A stretch of DNA of 64,000 bases from Protoeuglena noctilucae (lineage: Eukaryota): assembly GCA_958009085.1 (NCBI GenBank), contig OY253678.1, positions 930,001-994,000 on the forward strand, read 5' to 3'. The position numbers and the translations under genes were made by a program. This document shows positions 1 through 13,199 of the stretch, one piece after another (position 1 is the first letter of the stretch; every line of letters begins with the position of its first letter). The notes beneath the pieces are model-generated. The model had not been told where the DNA came from and made no database searches. It saw only the letters and a program-made list of their open reading frames with translations.

Positions 1-119
1 TGCCACGCGCCTCTCTGCCCACACCCGGGCGATTGCGACCCTTGCCCCCGCCAACCCCGCTCCCCACTCCCGCCCACCCACACCCACCCACAAGGCTACC
101 CACTCCCCGCCACCCGCAG

Positions 120-2816
120 ACTTTCCGGTGCACGGGCGCCCGCTGGTGCATGGCCTACACAGTGGTGAGCGTCATGTACTATGAACCTCATGCAATGCAT
201 GCAACCGTAAGCTAGCGTCGATCGTTGCTCCGTCGGTCCCAGTCATTGCCACCCCTCTCTCTTCCCACCCCCATTGCCACCCACTCTTCTCTCTTCCCAC
301 CCACCTGCCCCTCTCCGCGGCTCCTCCCCACCAACAACCCCTCCCTCACCCACCTATCACCCACACCCACACTGCTACCCACACCCACACCCACACCCAC
401 CCCCCCACTCTCAGTACCTCCCCACCGCCGGTCTCCTCGTCACACGCTGGCTGCTCACCTTCCTGCGCGGCAAGAGCGGCGCCTCCCGCGGCCGCCAGTC
501 GCCCTACGGCCGCCTTTTCTGGGACTGCCAAATGTCCACGGTGGTCACTAGAGCGGAGCCGCACAACCTGCAGCTGCTGCACCCCACGCAAAACCGAGTG
601 CTCACGGTGCGGGAGATGGCGCGACTCCAGGGATTCCCGGACTATTTCGTCCTGCTGTGGGGCTCGGTGGAGTATGGGCCGTCGCTGGTGCGGTCGGCGG
701 TGGTGCAGGACAGGTGAGGGGTGGGTGGGTGGGTAGATTGGTGGTTAGTGGTGGGGGTAGTGGTAAGGGTTGTAAGGGTGCTGGGGTGCAGGACAGGTGA
801 GGGGTGGTGGGTGATGGCGAGGGTGGGGGCTGTGGTGGGTGGTGGGGGTAGCATTGGCGAGCTTTTTAGTAGCAGTGGTGAGGGTGGTGGTGGGACTAGC
901 GGTGGGGCGAGGGCCGCCGTTCCCGACTCATTCCACACAATTAGTGTAATTTCCTCTCACACACCACTTCCCCTCTCTCTCCCAGGTACAACCAGATCGG
1001 CAACGCCGTGAGCCCCCCCGTGGCCACTGCGCTGGGCATCTGCATGCGGGCGGCGGCAGTGGGGGTGGCGCCGCACGGGGCGGGGGCGTCACCCTGGATG
1101 AGGGCGGTGGACCCGGAGAGGTGGGTGGGGGGATTGATTGGTGACTGGATGGATGAATGTATGAGAGAATGGTTGTTGTTGAGTATTGCATGGGATGGGG
1201 TGAAATGGGGGTGGGGTGTGTAGCCTGCCCCTCCGCCCTCTCTCCCACCACGCAGTGCGTGCGATGCGCCCCTCAACAACCCCACTCCCACACCCCACTC
1301 CCACCCCCACTCCCACTCCCACACCCACACCAACTCCCACCCCACACCCACACCCCACACCCACCCCCACTCCCACTCCCACACCCACACCCACTCCCAC
1401 CCCACACCCCACCCCGCCCGCTTCCCCAGGGTGCGATATGAGAACGACCGCGCCACTAAGAGCTTCTTCAGAACTCACATTCTGGAGAAAGGGGTCACGT
1501 ACATGGACCCATGGAGCAAGGCCACGGTCATGGCCAGGCTGGGGGACGACTACGTGCCGTGAGTGGTTGGATGATAGTTTACGTGTAATATAATTCATAT
1601 ATTAGATTTACTTTATGCTATAGTATACTAGCACTAAGCGCCAGTGTACGGATGTGATGGCGAGGCTGCCCACCGCCCACCCCCCACCCCCCTCGCAGTC
1701 ACATCAAAATCCGCGACTTTGCGCGGCTGTGGGCGGGGGTGTACCGGGCGCGGGGCGACGAAGGGCGTGCGCGCGATATGGAGAGACTGCTGGGGGTGTT
1801 TAGGGGTGCCGAGAAGCAGGTTGTGGTCAAGAAGGACCTCGAAGCACTGTGGGCGGATAAAGAGAGGTGAGGGGCGGGTGTGGGTGGGTGGTTGAGGGGT
1901 GAGGGGTGGGTGAGAGGTAGGTATGGGTTGTGGGGCGATGGGTGGGGTTGGTGTGGGTGCAACCCCCACTGCCACCCCTACTACCACCCCCACTACCACC
2001 CTCACTGCCACCCCCACTGCCACCCCCACTGCCCGCAGCTGGCAAAACAAGCCCCACCTTCGCCAGGCCGTGGAGTTGCTGTGGGCTAAGAGCATTGTGG
2101 GAGCCAAGCAAACACAGAAGGGCAAGGGTGCGGCTGTGGCGGTGGTGGATGGCGATGGGGGTGTGGTGGAGGTGGGGGTTGAGGTGGAGGGAGAGGGTGA
2201 GGGAGAGAAGGAGAGGGAGAGGGAGGGGGAGAGGGATGAGGAAAGTTGGAGTGGAGTCTCTTTGGAGGATGATAGTGATAGTGGGAATGAGGTGGAGGGA
2301 GAGGGTGAGGGAGAGGGTGAGGGAGAAGAGGAGAGGGAGGGGGAGAGGGAGGGGGATGAGGAAAGTTGGAGTGGAGTCTCTTTGGAGGATGATTGTGGTA
2401 GTGGGACTGAGGTGGAGGGGGAAAGGGAGCAGGAGAGTGAGAGTGAGAGTGAGAATGGTAGCGACAGTGACAGTGACGTCGATGTGTGGAATATGGAGGC
2501 CAGCGACATGCCAACCGTGTCGGGTGTCTCGGGCCTTGCCACACCGACCACGGATGACGTGGACAGCAACGAGCGTCGCAGTGGGGGTGGCGGGGCGAGG
2601 GCTGGGGTTGGCGGGGTGCGGGGGCGGGGGGTGAAGCGGCAGAGGGGTGAGGTGGGGGCAGAGAGGGATGTGAAGGGTGTGAAGAGGCAGGGGAGTGGGG
2701 TGGTTGCGATGAGGGGTGTGGTGATGGGGACGCGTCCGATTGAGGTTCTTGATAGTGATGAGGAGGAGGGGGTGGGGATGAGTGCGATTGAGGTTCCTGA
2801 TAGTGATGAGGAGTAG
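120..2816 (+). CDS. CMT: Chromomethylase-like cytosine-5 DNA methyltransferase, 3' part (begins before the window), with long acidic C-terminal extension
   Basis: Exons 120-164, 415-713, 986-1120, 1430-1558, 1699-1866, 2039-2816 splice in frame (GT-AG). [58 protein letters not shown] and [17 protein letters not shown] match C5-MTase motifs IX/X with the CMT-type [10 protein letters not shown] segment. Confidence 0.88.
2181..2425 (+). repeat. Coding tandem duplication in the CMT acidic tail
   Basis: GATGAGGAAAGTTGGAGTGGAGTCTCTTTGGAGGATGAT occurs twice ([13 protein letters not shown] x2) within GAGGGA-type repeats. Confidence 0.85.
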
Positions 2817-3470
2817 GGGGTGGGTGGGAAGGGACGGGGAAGGGGGAGTGGAGTGGAAGGGTGATGGAGAGAGGTGGCAGAGAGTTGGGTGATGGTGGGT
2901 GGGGTGATGGGGGATGGGGTGTAGAATGGTGACGGTTGGCGTGTGGGGTTGGGGGCGAGAGGCGTGGTTTGCTGGGCTGTGGATGTAGGGGAGGGTGATA
3001 AGAGGCGCCCGACGGGGGGCTACGGACATTACGGACATTATCTTAGACACGATCGAAACAGATCACGATTGAACAGCGCAGAACTGCTCTACAAACGCTG
3101 GGGCGCCATCGCATGAAGCCATCGCACCAAGTCAGCATACGGCAAAGCGGTGTCGCATGCGTTGTCGCGTGGCTGCAAGGCTGCGCTGAGGGTCACGCGA
3201 TGCGTGTGGAAAAGGAGACATCGACATCGGCACTCGATGCTGGACAATACATTGATGGACACCTACGGTACCTCCCTGTGCAGCGTGGAGGGACCCGTTG
3301 AGAGTGCTTGCGCCGCCGTGACACAGGCACATACGCGTCCCTCCGCCACTTATCACGCTCTGCCCTGTGCCTGTCCTATCCACCCCATCACTCTGTTGTC
3401 CTGCACACACCATCCCTCCCTGCCGTCCTCACACCATCACTGCCTGCCCTGTGCCTATCCATTCCATCCC

Positions 3471-4989
3471 TCACTCCCTGTCCTGTGCCCCCTGCAGCAC
3501 CTCCCACGCCGTGGTCAGCCCAGGCAGCAGCGATTCAAGGCCTGAGGATCCCTTCTGAGATAAGGGGGCGCTGGGGGGGAGGGAGAAGAGGACGGGGGGT
3601 GGGGATGGTGGTAGAAGTGAGGGTGGGGTGAGTAATGGTGGGTGGGTGGGTGGGTGAGGGTTGGGTGGGCGTGGGGTGGCGAAGGGGTGGGTGATGGTGG
3701 GCGTGTGCATGGCCCTTTCGCATGCAGCGCACTATTAACCTGGCGACGCTAGTAACAAACACACAAACCCCTTGTACAATCAAGCATATTACCCTGCAAT
3801 AACATCGCAAGCGTCTCACCTTGCAACGTTGATGACCATACAAGGCCCTTATACAACCATACATAAGCACGACTGATTGCAATTCGCACATCACACACCT
3901 TGCGACGTTGACGACCTTCATGCCCGGCCCGATGTGGGAGAAGACGTCCCGCACCGTCTCCAAGTACATGACGCCCTTGTTGGTCTCGTTCATCGATTGC
4001 TGGGCGGAGATCTGAGAGGGGGCAAGGCAGAGATGAGGCAGTGAGAGGGAGGGTTGGTGGCGCTGAGAGAGGCACTAAGGAGAGGAGGATAAAATTTATG
4101 TATTATACTTTTTTATATCTACCCCAGATATACCCCACACTCGCCTTAACCTTGAGCATCTCCGCCTCCACCTGGGCCTCCCGGGCCCTACGCAGCAGGG
4201 CGCTCTCCAGCGCTTGACTCTCCATCTCGTCACTGCGACATGACACGAGAGCACGTTCATATTCATATTGATGGACATCTTCTAATATCATGTGTGATGT
4301 ACATCATCCACATCTCCGCCATCGCGACCCTCACCAGAACCGCCTCTCCGCCTTCTACACACACACATGGATCTCCACATATATAATCTAACATATATAT
4401 TCATCACCCATATCCCCTCGATCCCTCACCGGAACTGCCTCTCCGCCTTCTGCGCATGTGCATACATATCCACAAATAGTTCATAGTACATATAGCAATC
4501 GCCCACCATATTTCCACTCAAACTCACCGGAACTGCCTCTCTGCTTTCTGCGCCTCCCTGGCCGCCCTGGCCCTCGCTTCCTCCACCTCGGCCTCCACCC
4601 TCACTGCGCCCAGCCTAGTTTCCATGTCGATGCGCTGGCGCACTTTGTCCATCTCAGCCGCTGCCTCCAACTCCATGCGCTCCAATCTGGGGGTGGGGGT
4701 GGGGGTGGCAGTGGGGGTGGCAGTGGGGTTGTGGGTGTGGGTGTGAGGGAGTGAGTGGGGCGCTCACACCTCGCTCCATGTGCTCATGTCCCACTCTCCA
4801 CCCCCCACTCACTTCCTCCTCTCCTCCGCCGTCTCCTGCCGGTGCCTGGCCATGGCCATCTCCGCGTCCTGCCGCGCACGCTCCCTCTCCGCCCGCGCCT
4901 CGCTCTCGGTCTTGTCCAGATGAGTCTCGGTAGAAATGCGGCCCTCCTCCGCCTCCAGGCGGGTGCGCTCGCGGAACTTGGCCTGGTGG

Positions 4990-5024
<35 letters not shown>

Positions 5025-6563
5025 AGTGAGGTGCGGGACAGGGGTGGTGGGGGCGTTTAAAGAATGCCATCGTGTCAGGGTGAGGGTGAGGGTGTAAGGG
5101 AGCGTCTGGTTTGGGTCACATGCACGCGTCTCGCCCCACACCCCACGCCCCACGCCCCATGCCAAGTAAATCCTCGCCTGGAGGTTCTCGAACAGCGACG
5201 CGGATAGAACCTTGACCTCGTAGACCTCCACCGTCTCCAGCCACACTCCCCATCCCTGCACCACCTCGCCCATCGCCTTGCGGCAGGCGTCGCGGATGAC
5301 GTGCCGGTTGCGCACCACCTCCTCGATCGTCATGTTGGCCACCTGAGGTGGAAGGGGTGTGGGGGGGGAGTGGGTGGTGGTGGGTGAGAGTGGTGGGTAA
5401 GAGTGGGTGGGTGAGAACGGTGGGCTGTGCGCATTCGCACCATCGTCCTGGCAGGATGGCATATCACCACGCTGCCACACTGTACAACACTACCATACTG
5501 CCATATTACGATACACCCATACACCCATACACCACACCATCACATCTCCCACCTGCGTGCGCACGATGCTCTCTGCCATGTCCTTGATGTTTCCATTGGC
5601 CTTCTCCAGGCCCTCCTTGGTCAAGCCATCCTGAGAGACACAGAAACGGTGAGGGAGTGTGAGTGAGATGAGTCAAGCCATCCTGAGAGACAGACACGGT
5701 AAGAAGGGGGTTGATGCATGTGGATACCGATAGATACATGACCATGCGTTGCCAGTGGGCCACTGCACATCGTTGTGAGTCGCTCACTCACCAGGTACCG
5801 GTATGCCTTGACGGGCGGTGTGACTCAACGACTCACTCATTCTCTCACTCACTCACCAGGTACCGGTATGCCTTGACGGGTCCCTCCCCATCTCGGTAGA
5901 TGGTCCAGATGACCACGCCCTCCACGCGCAGGCCCTGCATCTCACTCGTGACCTGTGAAAGGGGACAGGTAGCGATATGGTGTGAGCCATGGATGAGCGA
6001 TGGGTGTAGCAGACACAGGCGAAGAGAGCCGGGCCCGCCTGGACAGCACCCTTGAGGGCCACAGAACACACAGTAACGCTACCGGCGTTACCTGCTCTGC
6101 CCTGCATGGCCACCACAGCACATACAGCAACATACACATCACAAACATCACATGCATCACCTGCTCCGCCCGGAACGCGACCTTGTTCATGGTGGCCGGG
6201 ATGCTGACGGTGCTGTCGTTCCACCACCGGAAGTGGCGGAGGCCGATGCCGGACTTGATGAGGCGACCGTCGCGGAAGACGAGGAGGTAGCTGCGGGGAG
6301 CGGGGGGGGGGACGATACTCGCCTGTTACTGTCTGTAATGGGCAAGCGAGGGCGGGGTTTGCGTACAAGCTACCAGTTCATGCTCCCCAACACGTCACCC
6401 GCTCACCAGTTCGGCTTGGCGGTGACGGTGTTGATGGCGGCGATTAGCGCCCCGAGGACGGCGAGGGAGACGGCGAGGCTGAGGGTGCCGAAGACATCGC
6501 CCTCGAGCACCACCCACAGCAGCGACAGGAACGACGCGAGCGTCGCGTGGATGGCGCACACGA
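3471..6563 (-). CDS. SPFH/Band-7 (flotillin-like) membrane protein; first exon not resolved
   Basis: Spliced exons give N-terminal hydrophobic segments, then TAKPNCYLLVFRDGRLIKSGIG..KVAFRAEQ/VTSEMQGLRVEGVVIWTI../VANMTIEEVVRNR..VQGWGVWLETVEVYEVKV, followed by an E/A/R-rich coiled coil; stop at 3471. Confidence 0.8.
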
Positions 6564-7430
6564 CCTGCGCGTCGGAACGAATCGTCGTAGAATATGCAGA
6601 AAGTGGAGATGCAAGGGCGGTTCTGTGCGCGCACGCGCGCGCGACGCCCCGGTCATGTGGCCCGGCATCCCGGGGAGTTTTGGGGGTCGAGAAACAAGGG
6701 ACGGATGAGTTGCGCGAAGGCGCAGCAAGTTATAAACATATTCTACCAGTTTATGGTCACCGATGTTTCGAAAACCTCACCAAGAACATGTTCTCGCTTG
6801 GTGCGTGGCGGTTACAACGACAGCCGCTTGTTTAGGAGCGCAGGCACGCAGTCTCGCCGAGGAGCCTCCACCGACGGCACGATCGAATGGCAATCTGCGT
6901 GTTTTCGTTCTCGAACTTAACGAACAGTGCTCCGTCGCGCGGGACGGGGAGCGCCCTCGTCTGTCAGAGCTGGCGGCGTGTCCGCGACACCATGGCCCGG
7001 CTTGTGACCAGCAGCTGGCCGTGGCGGGGCGCCATATTGCGGGTACGCGTACCACGCGGAGAGCGCTGCGCATCTGTACGTGCTGGCGCGCGAGCGCGGT
7101 GAGCGTCGCCGCTATGCGCAACTTGTGGCCTCATTCACGCTCGCGCAATCCGATGCGGAATGCAGATCTCACGCATCAACTGCTGGTGTCTCGCGGGCGG
7201 CGGGAAGCGCGGCCGCGGTAGCGCAGGGGCTGTTTCTGCGGGCCGCCGCTCCCCATAAACGGCAGCCGTCTGTAGACGCGCCGGCTGTCCCCGAGATGTT
7301 TGTCAGCATTTTCTTTCAGCCTGTCATGTCTCCTAGATCTCGAGATCGCTGCGAGAGAGCTGCGGGCCCACAAGAGGCGGACGTCGCTCGCAGGGAGCGC
7401 CACGCGCGACGGCGGAGGCGCAGGCCGTGG

Positions 7431-7944
7431 ATGTCAGGCACCGTGGAGAAGCTTGTGGTCACGCTGACGCGGTGAGTCATGTCATCGATGCCGGCGGCCG
7501 CAGCCGACGCGGGGAGTCCAGGGCTGGGAGTGGATCGACGCTCCGCGCGCCGCGCGCCCCTCCCGCAGCGGCCTGGCTGGAAAGCGCAAGTATCACAAGG
7601 ACGTCCTCAAAGCTCTGGGGCTGTCTCGGAGGCTGGACGTGACCGTGCTCCCCAACGAGAGCTCCTTCCGCGGCGCCCTCTACAAGGTCCGCCACCTCGT
7701 CCGCGGTGAGGCCGATGGCGCGTTTCGCATCGCCGTTTTCTGCAGTCGTATGTTTATGAACAATGTCAGTGGATTTGGTCGCGCCGGCCGCGCGGGGCGC
7801 TCCGCATCGCTGCATCAATGGGTCCGGATGGCGCTTCCCGCCCTCCACTGCCCCGCAGTGGAGACGGACGCGGACTTCGCGGCGCGGCAGAAGGAGTTTT
7901 GCGAGAGCCGGGCCCTGAGGGACCCCGTGAGCCTCAAGCACTGA
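7431..7944 (+). CDS. Ribosomal protein uL30, probably mitochondrial
   Basis: Exons 7431-7471, 7569-7705, 7859-7944: MSGTVEKLVVTLTRGLAGKRKYHKDVLKALGLSRRLDVTVLPNESSFRGALYKVRHLVRVET.. has the bacterial-type L30 signature. Confidence 0.85.
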
Positions 7945-7954
7945 GCGGGGCGCG

Positions 7955-8865
7955 ATGCCGTCCAAGCTGCCGCGGCGGGCCAGGTGCATACCAGGCTCTG
8001 CCTGTGCTTTGATGCGGCACATGAGAGGCTGAGAATGAACCCAGTGGGTTCTTGCGCAGATTCGGGGTACCCTGCCACCATACCCAGCGCTGCACCATTC
8101 TCCCCTCATCGTGCCTGCAGCGCGCGGCGCCGTGGCGCCCTGGGCAAGGTCTTTGCCTTGAAGAGCGAGGGGGACTGGGAGCGCGCGACCAGGCGCGCGA
8201 ACGGCCGCTGCGTCGTGGTGCTCTTCATGGCCCCCGCGCTCGCCAGCTGCGCCAAGGCGCGGCAGGTGTTCCTGCAGTATGCCGGGCTGACTCAGTTCCG
8301 CAACCTGGTCTTCGCCGAAGTGGACCTCGAGGCGAGCAGCTGCGGGATAGTATTCGCAAGTGCAAAGCGCTGCCGCAGCGAGCGCGCGAGATTCGATCTG
8401 CTGCGCTTTGGCTTGCAGGTGTGGGACGCACCCTACCGCAAGCTGGGCGCGGCGACGGTGCCGACGTTCGCGGCGTACATCGACGCGGAGCTGCAGGAGC
8501 ACTTTTCCGGGGGCACGGCGGAGTCGCTGCTGGAGATGCTGCGCAAATACGCGCACGTGCAGGGGCGCGGAGGGGGCGCGGGCGGGCTGCTGCAGCTGGC
8601 CGCGGTGGGGCTGGTGGGCGCGGCGCTGGTGGGCGCGGCCGTGTTCGGGGTGCGCGCGCTGGGGAAAATGGACCGCGACGCAGCGCAGGCGTGGCGGGCG
8701 TCGCTGCCGCGGCGTGCGATCGAGACGGGGGGCGGCCTGCGCGTGGGCATCCGCGGCGTCGAGGCCTCCGGGGCTTCCTCGGACGAAGAAGAGACGGAGC
8801 TCGTCGGCGGATGGGACAACGAGGAGGAGGAGGAGGAGGCGGGAGCGGAAGAGGACGAAGACTAG
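7955..8865 (+). CDS. Atypical thioredoxin-fold protein (no CxxC) with C-terminal TM helix and acidic tail
   Basis: Exons 7955-7983, 8121-8331, 8419-8865; VVVLFMAPALASCAKARQVF..LVFAEVDLE..VPTFAAY follows the thioredoxin pattern; LAAVGLVGAALVGAAVFGV is hydrophobic. Confidence 0.7.
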
Positions 8866-9555
8866 CGCTTGCGTGCGCTGGCACGCCCGCGCACTGGCGC
8901 CGCGGGCCGCCGCAAGCCTACGTGTTCACCTCCTTCTCGGCCATAGTATCTTAGCGGCGGCGCACTCAGATTGCGCTGATAGGACGTGGAGGCTTCAAGA
9001 CTCCGCTCTCTGGCGCGCGGCGGCAGCGGTTGGGAGATTCCCACAGCTGGGGCTCCCTGAAGTCGATCGATTGGAAAGCAATAAGGGCGCTGCTGCTGGA
9101 CGGGCCTGGCGTGCCGCGGATCGGGCTGCACAGCGGATATTTGGCCGTCGAGTGCAGCCATGAGGGTCACGAGCCCAGATTCCCTCCCTCGTGTCAGGCA
9201 TCTGGTGTCGGCTGCGGCGGCCCGCCCCCTGCGGATGCCGCGGATGCGCGGCGTGTGCGGGTGAGACGTCCGCACGTCCTCGGGGCCTGTCGCCCCATCC
9301 TGCCCCCCGCGGGGCGCTCGCGAGATGGATTGCCGACGTTCCTGGCGCTGGAATTCCGCGGACGATTGCCTCTCGTTCCCACGGCCAGCCGCCGTGGCTT
9401 GCAGAGTCCGCTCCTCGCTCGCAGCCCCCGTGATCGTCCAACCCTCAAATGCCGTCGCGCACTACGCTCGCCGTTCATTCCGGGGCTTAGCATTCCGCGC
9501 GTCTGCATTCACGCAGGAGGGGGCCGCCGGATGGCCCGCGCTCGGCCTGCGATGC

Positions 9556-11484
9556 ATGCAGCAACGGATGCCCCTGCCATCGCGCGGGATGGGCGGCAGC
9601 CTCTCGGGCCGCGCATGCGGGGCGTCGATGCGTCCGCGCGCGTGCGGAGGACGGCGCCGGGGCCAACGGCGAGGCGGGCGCGCCGGTGTCGCGGGACGGC
9701 AGCGCGTCCGCCAGCGTGGCTGAGCTGGACGTGGACAGCTCTGCTTTGCCGGACAACTTCTGCCTTCTGGAGACGCGCGAGAGCGTCAAGGACTTCGCGG
9801 ACATGCAGCTGCAGGAGATAGAGACCAACATCCAGGTGACGAGCGCGATGGTCGTGACTGCTTGTCAGGTCGTGACTGCTTCCCCTGTGATCCAATCCTT
9901 GCTCCCGACCAACCAGCCCTCGCTCATGATGCTGTTGCCATCGATGCTGCCACCCTCACCCGTGCCGCCACCCTCGCCCGTGCCACCACCCTTACTGTCC
10001 CTCCCATCCCGCCACCCCGTTACCCTCCCCCGCCCCTCGCGCCCTGTCCCCGCAGTCCCGCAAGAGCAAGATTTACTTGCTGTTGGAGGAGTGCCGCCGC
10101 TTGCGCATCCAGCAGAAAGTCAAGGGGGGGCAGCGCAAGACGACCGAGGAGGTGAAGAAGGAGCTGTTCAGCTCAGGTGAGACCCACAAAGATAAGCAGT
10201 GCATGTGTCGTAAGCTCTCGCTCGTCACACACTGTGCTCATCATTCCCTAATCACGCGCCCTCTCCCCACCCGTCAGCCCCTCTCTGCTCTCACTCCGCC
10301 ACCCATCAGCCCTCACCACCCTAACCCCCTCCCTCTCCCCTCCCCCCAGCCCTCCCCTTCTTCCCCGAAATCTCAAAAGACACTCATTCGGTATTATTAC
10401 CTCTATTACCTCATCTACCCTCTCCCCTCCCCCCAGCTCTCCCCTTCTTCCCCGAGATCTCCGAGGAGATGCTCGACAGGTATTACCTCATCTACGCGGC
10501 CTTCTGCGTGGCGCTGCTCGGGTTCGGGGGACTAGTGGCGCCCATCCTGGAGGTCAAGCTGGGGCTGGGGGGGCAGAGGTGAGGTGTTGAGAATGGTGCA
10601 AGGTATGTGGTGTTTGCAAGGTGCATGCGGGGGTGGAGAGAGGGGCGGTGGGTGGGGGAGGAGGTGGGGGAGGTGCATGCGTGGTGTGGAGAGGGGCAGA
10701 GGGTGAGTCGCACATTGCATGGGTATCATGCAAGCGCCACTCCGGCCCTTCACAGCTGCCATGTCTTCACACCCACACCCACCCATGCACTGACTGCCTT
10801 TCGCCCCCCCTTTCGCAGCTCCCGTGACTTCATCACATCACACCCACCCCATTCATTCACTCCACCCTCGCCCCCCCTTCGCAGCTACCATGAGTTCATC
10901 ACAGCCACCCCCACCCGTGCAACACCCTCTCCCGTCGTACCCCCTTCGCAGTTACCGTGAGTTCATCACAGCCATCCACCTCCCCGCCCAGCTGGCAGAG
11001 GTGGACCCCGTAGTGGCGTCCTTCTGCGGTGGGGCCATCGGCGTCATCACCACGCTGCTCATCGTGGAGACCAACAACGTGAAGCTCAGGTGAGGGTGAT
11101 GCGGGTAATGAGTGGTGGCTGCTCATGGAAAAGGCTAACAACCTCAAGATCAGGTGAGGGCGGTGAGGCATCTGAGGGCGCGGGTGGCTGCAGGCGATAG
11201 GGCTAGGTGGCTGGAGTGGCGGCGCTGTGTTGGGCAGGCCCCGTCGTCACGCCATGCCCCGCCCATGTCCCGCCCTGCGCCCACGCAGGGCCAAGGAGCG
11301 GTGCTCCTATTGCCGAGGGACGGGATACTTGGCCTGTGGTCTCTGCGGAGGGTCCGGGCGCACTCCGGAGGGCGGGGCGTGCTCGGGTTGCACGTCCGTC
11401 GGGCGGGTCATGTGCACCAACTGCTTCGCGACCGGGAAGAAAATGACCACCGAGCACGATATCCGCCTCGATCCCTGGTCGTAG
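9556..11484 (+). CDS. OR: ORANGE protein (DnaJ-like zinc finger, plastid-targeted)
   Basis: LPDNFCLLETRESVKDFADMQLQEIETNI, LLLEECRRLRIQQ, GGLVAPILEVKLGLGG, HLPAQLAEVDPVVASFCGGAIGVI, CxxCxGxG repeats and TEHDIRLDPW end. Start inferred via a 9642-9702 intron. Confidence 0.93.
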
Positions 11485-11745
11485 GAGCCACCTACTCGGC
11501 CGCAATCAGGGACAGCGGTGCACGGAGCTCCGTCCAGTGGGTCTCGCAAAGTTCTGACGCGGAAATGTGCTTCACAGGTCAGCGTTGTGCGCACGTGTTG
11601 AATCAGACTCAGCGTTGCGACCCGCTTACGTTAGTTGCGCTTTCGTCTGCTGCCGCGGTGTGCCTGCAAAGCCCACGTGTCGTGTCTGCCGCGCCTGCGG
11701 TGCCCACGCGGCCCCGGGGCTTGCAACCCGTCCAGGGGGGCTCTC

Positions 11746-13199
11746 ATGGATAGGGCAGTGACGGGGATGAGCGTCATCGACCTGACGGTGCGTAGGCGCG
11801 CTTCGCAGCGCTTTCCCTCCAAAAACGCCCCACGCCCTTGCCCGCCACGCCGCCTACGGACCGTTCGCCGCGCTTCCGCGTGTCGCAGGGGGATAATGAC
11901 ATCGACATTGAGGTCGATCTGCCCGCAAGGGGCGGCGAGGACGCTTGCCCGTCCTCCTCGCTCCCCCGTGCCCTGTTGAGGCCCCGCCGCGCGACAGTCG
12001 CTGCCGCGGGCGTCCAGAACCGCGGAGCATCTGCACAAAGCAAAGGAAACGGTCGCGGCAGGCCCAAGCGCGGCGGCCGGGGCCCGCAGACGCGCAAGAA
12101 GGGCGCCGGGCGTCAGGTGCATCCCAAGTCCCGCCGCGATGCCCCGGCCCTGGATTGGCGTTGCGAGATCGCCGCCGGCGAGATGCGTCGAGCGATCGAA
12201 GCGACGCTCGCGTCGTGGCGGGGCGACGGGCACTTGGTGCGGCTCACGCGGCCGGACGCGTCGACGGTGGACGGGCCTGACGGAGCCGCGATGGCGGGGT
12301 GCTTTGTCACGGAGTACGTCCCGCGCGGCGCCATAGTGGGAATATACCCAGGCGTGGAGGTGAGATGGGCATTTGCACTAGATTGTCACATGCTCGGTGC
12401 GGTGCGGTGCGGTGGGGCGGTCGGCGAGCCGAGGGATGTGGCTCTGTGCTGTGCTCTGCTGTGATGCACGCACTGTGTGCTCTGTGACTGTGCTGTAACT
12501 GTGCTGAGACACTGTGACTCTCGTGACCCTTCTCAGATCCCCTGCGTGGACGGTGGCCGCATGACGGGGGACGCCTACCTCCTCTACTTGCAGGCGGCCG
12601 ACACGCACATATCGCCGGTGAGTGGCAGCTGTTGTGCAGCTGTTGTGTGTTCCTGCCCTTACAGTCAGCCAACGCCCATCGCCACACCCACACCGCTCTC
12701 CCCACCCATCATTACACACACGCCGCGCTCCCCTCATCTCATTGCCACACGCATGCTAAGTCTACCAAACAACGACCCCACACGCACACCGCATCCTTGT
12801 CCTCTCTCCCCACCACCGCAGTTCGACCTCACGACCGGCGAGCCCCAGCCCCGCCTCCGGGGCCGCGCCCCGCACCATTCCCTCGCCCTCGTCAACGAGC
12901 CACCCCCCGGCATGACTTACAACTGCGTGTTTGCGGAGACGACTGACGGGCGTGTGGCGGGGGTGGCGACGCGCGACATACGCGCGGGCGAGGAATTATT
13001 CACGTATTATGGCGCGGAGGAGCGGGAATATTCCGTGGCGGAGCTGGACGATTATACGGCGGCGGCTATGGACTTGCGCAGCGAGTGGCTGTTGGATTTT
13101 GAGGGGCGGCGGTTGGTGCCGATTGCGGGGTGCAGGGGGAGGGTTGGGGAGGGGGAGGGGGTAGGGGAGGGGGAGAGTGAGACGGGGAGCGGGGTGTGA
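11746..13199 (+). CDS. SET-domain protein (putative lysine methyltransferase)
   Basis: Exons ~11746-11787, 11889-12359, 12537-12617, 12822-13199; GCFVTEYVPRGAIVGIYPG and LVNEPPPGMTYNCVF..VATRDIRAGEELFTYYG are SET motifs. Confidence 0.78.

Noticed and set aside
212..3050. Many Pro/His/Thr- or Gly/Val-rich ORFs here and throughout the window
   Set aside because: They arise from CCCACA/GGGGTG intronic repeats or antisense frames.
9030..9530. Possible extra gene between the thioredoxin-like gene and OR
   Set aside because: No recognisable motif or convincing exon structure.
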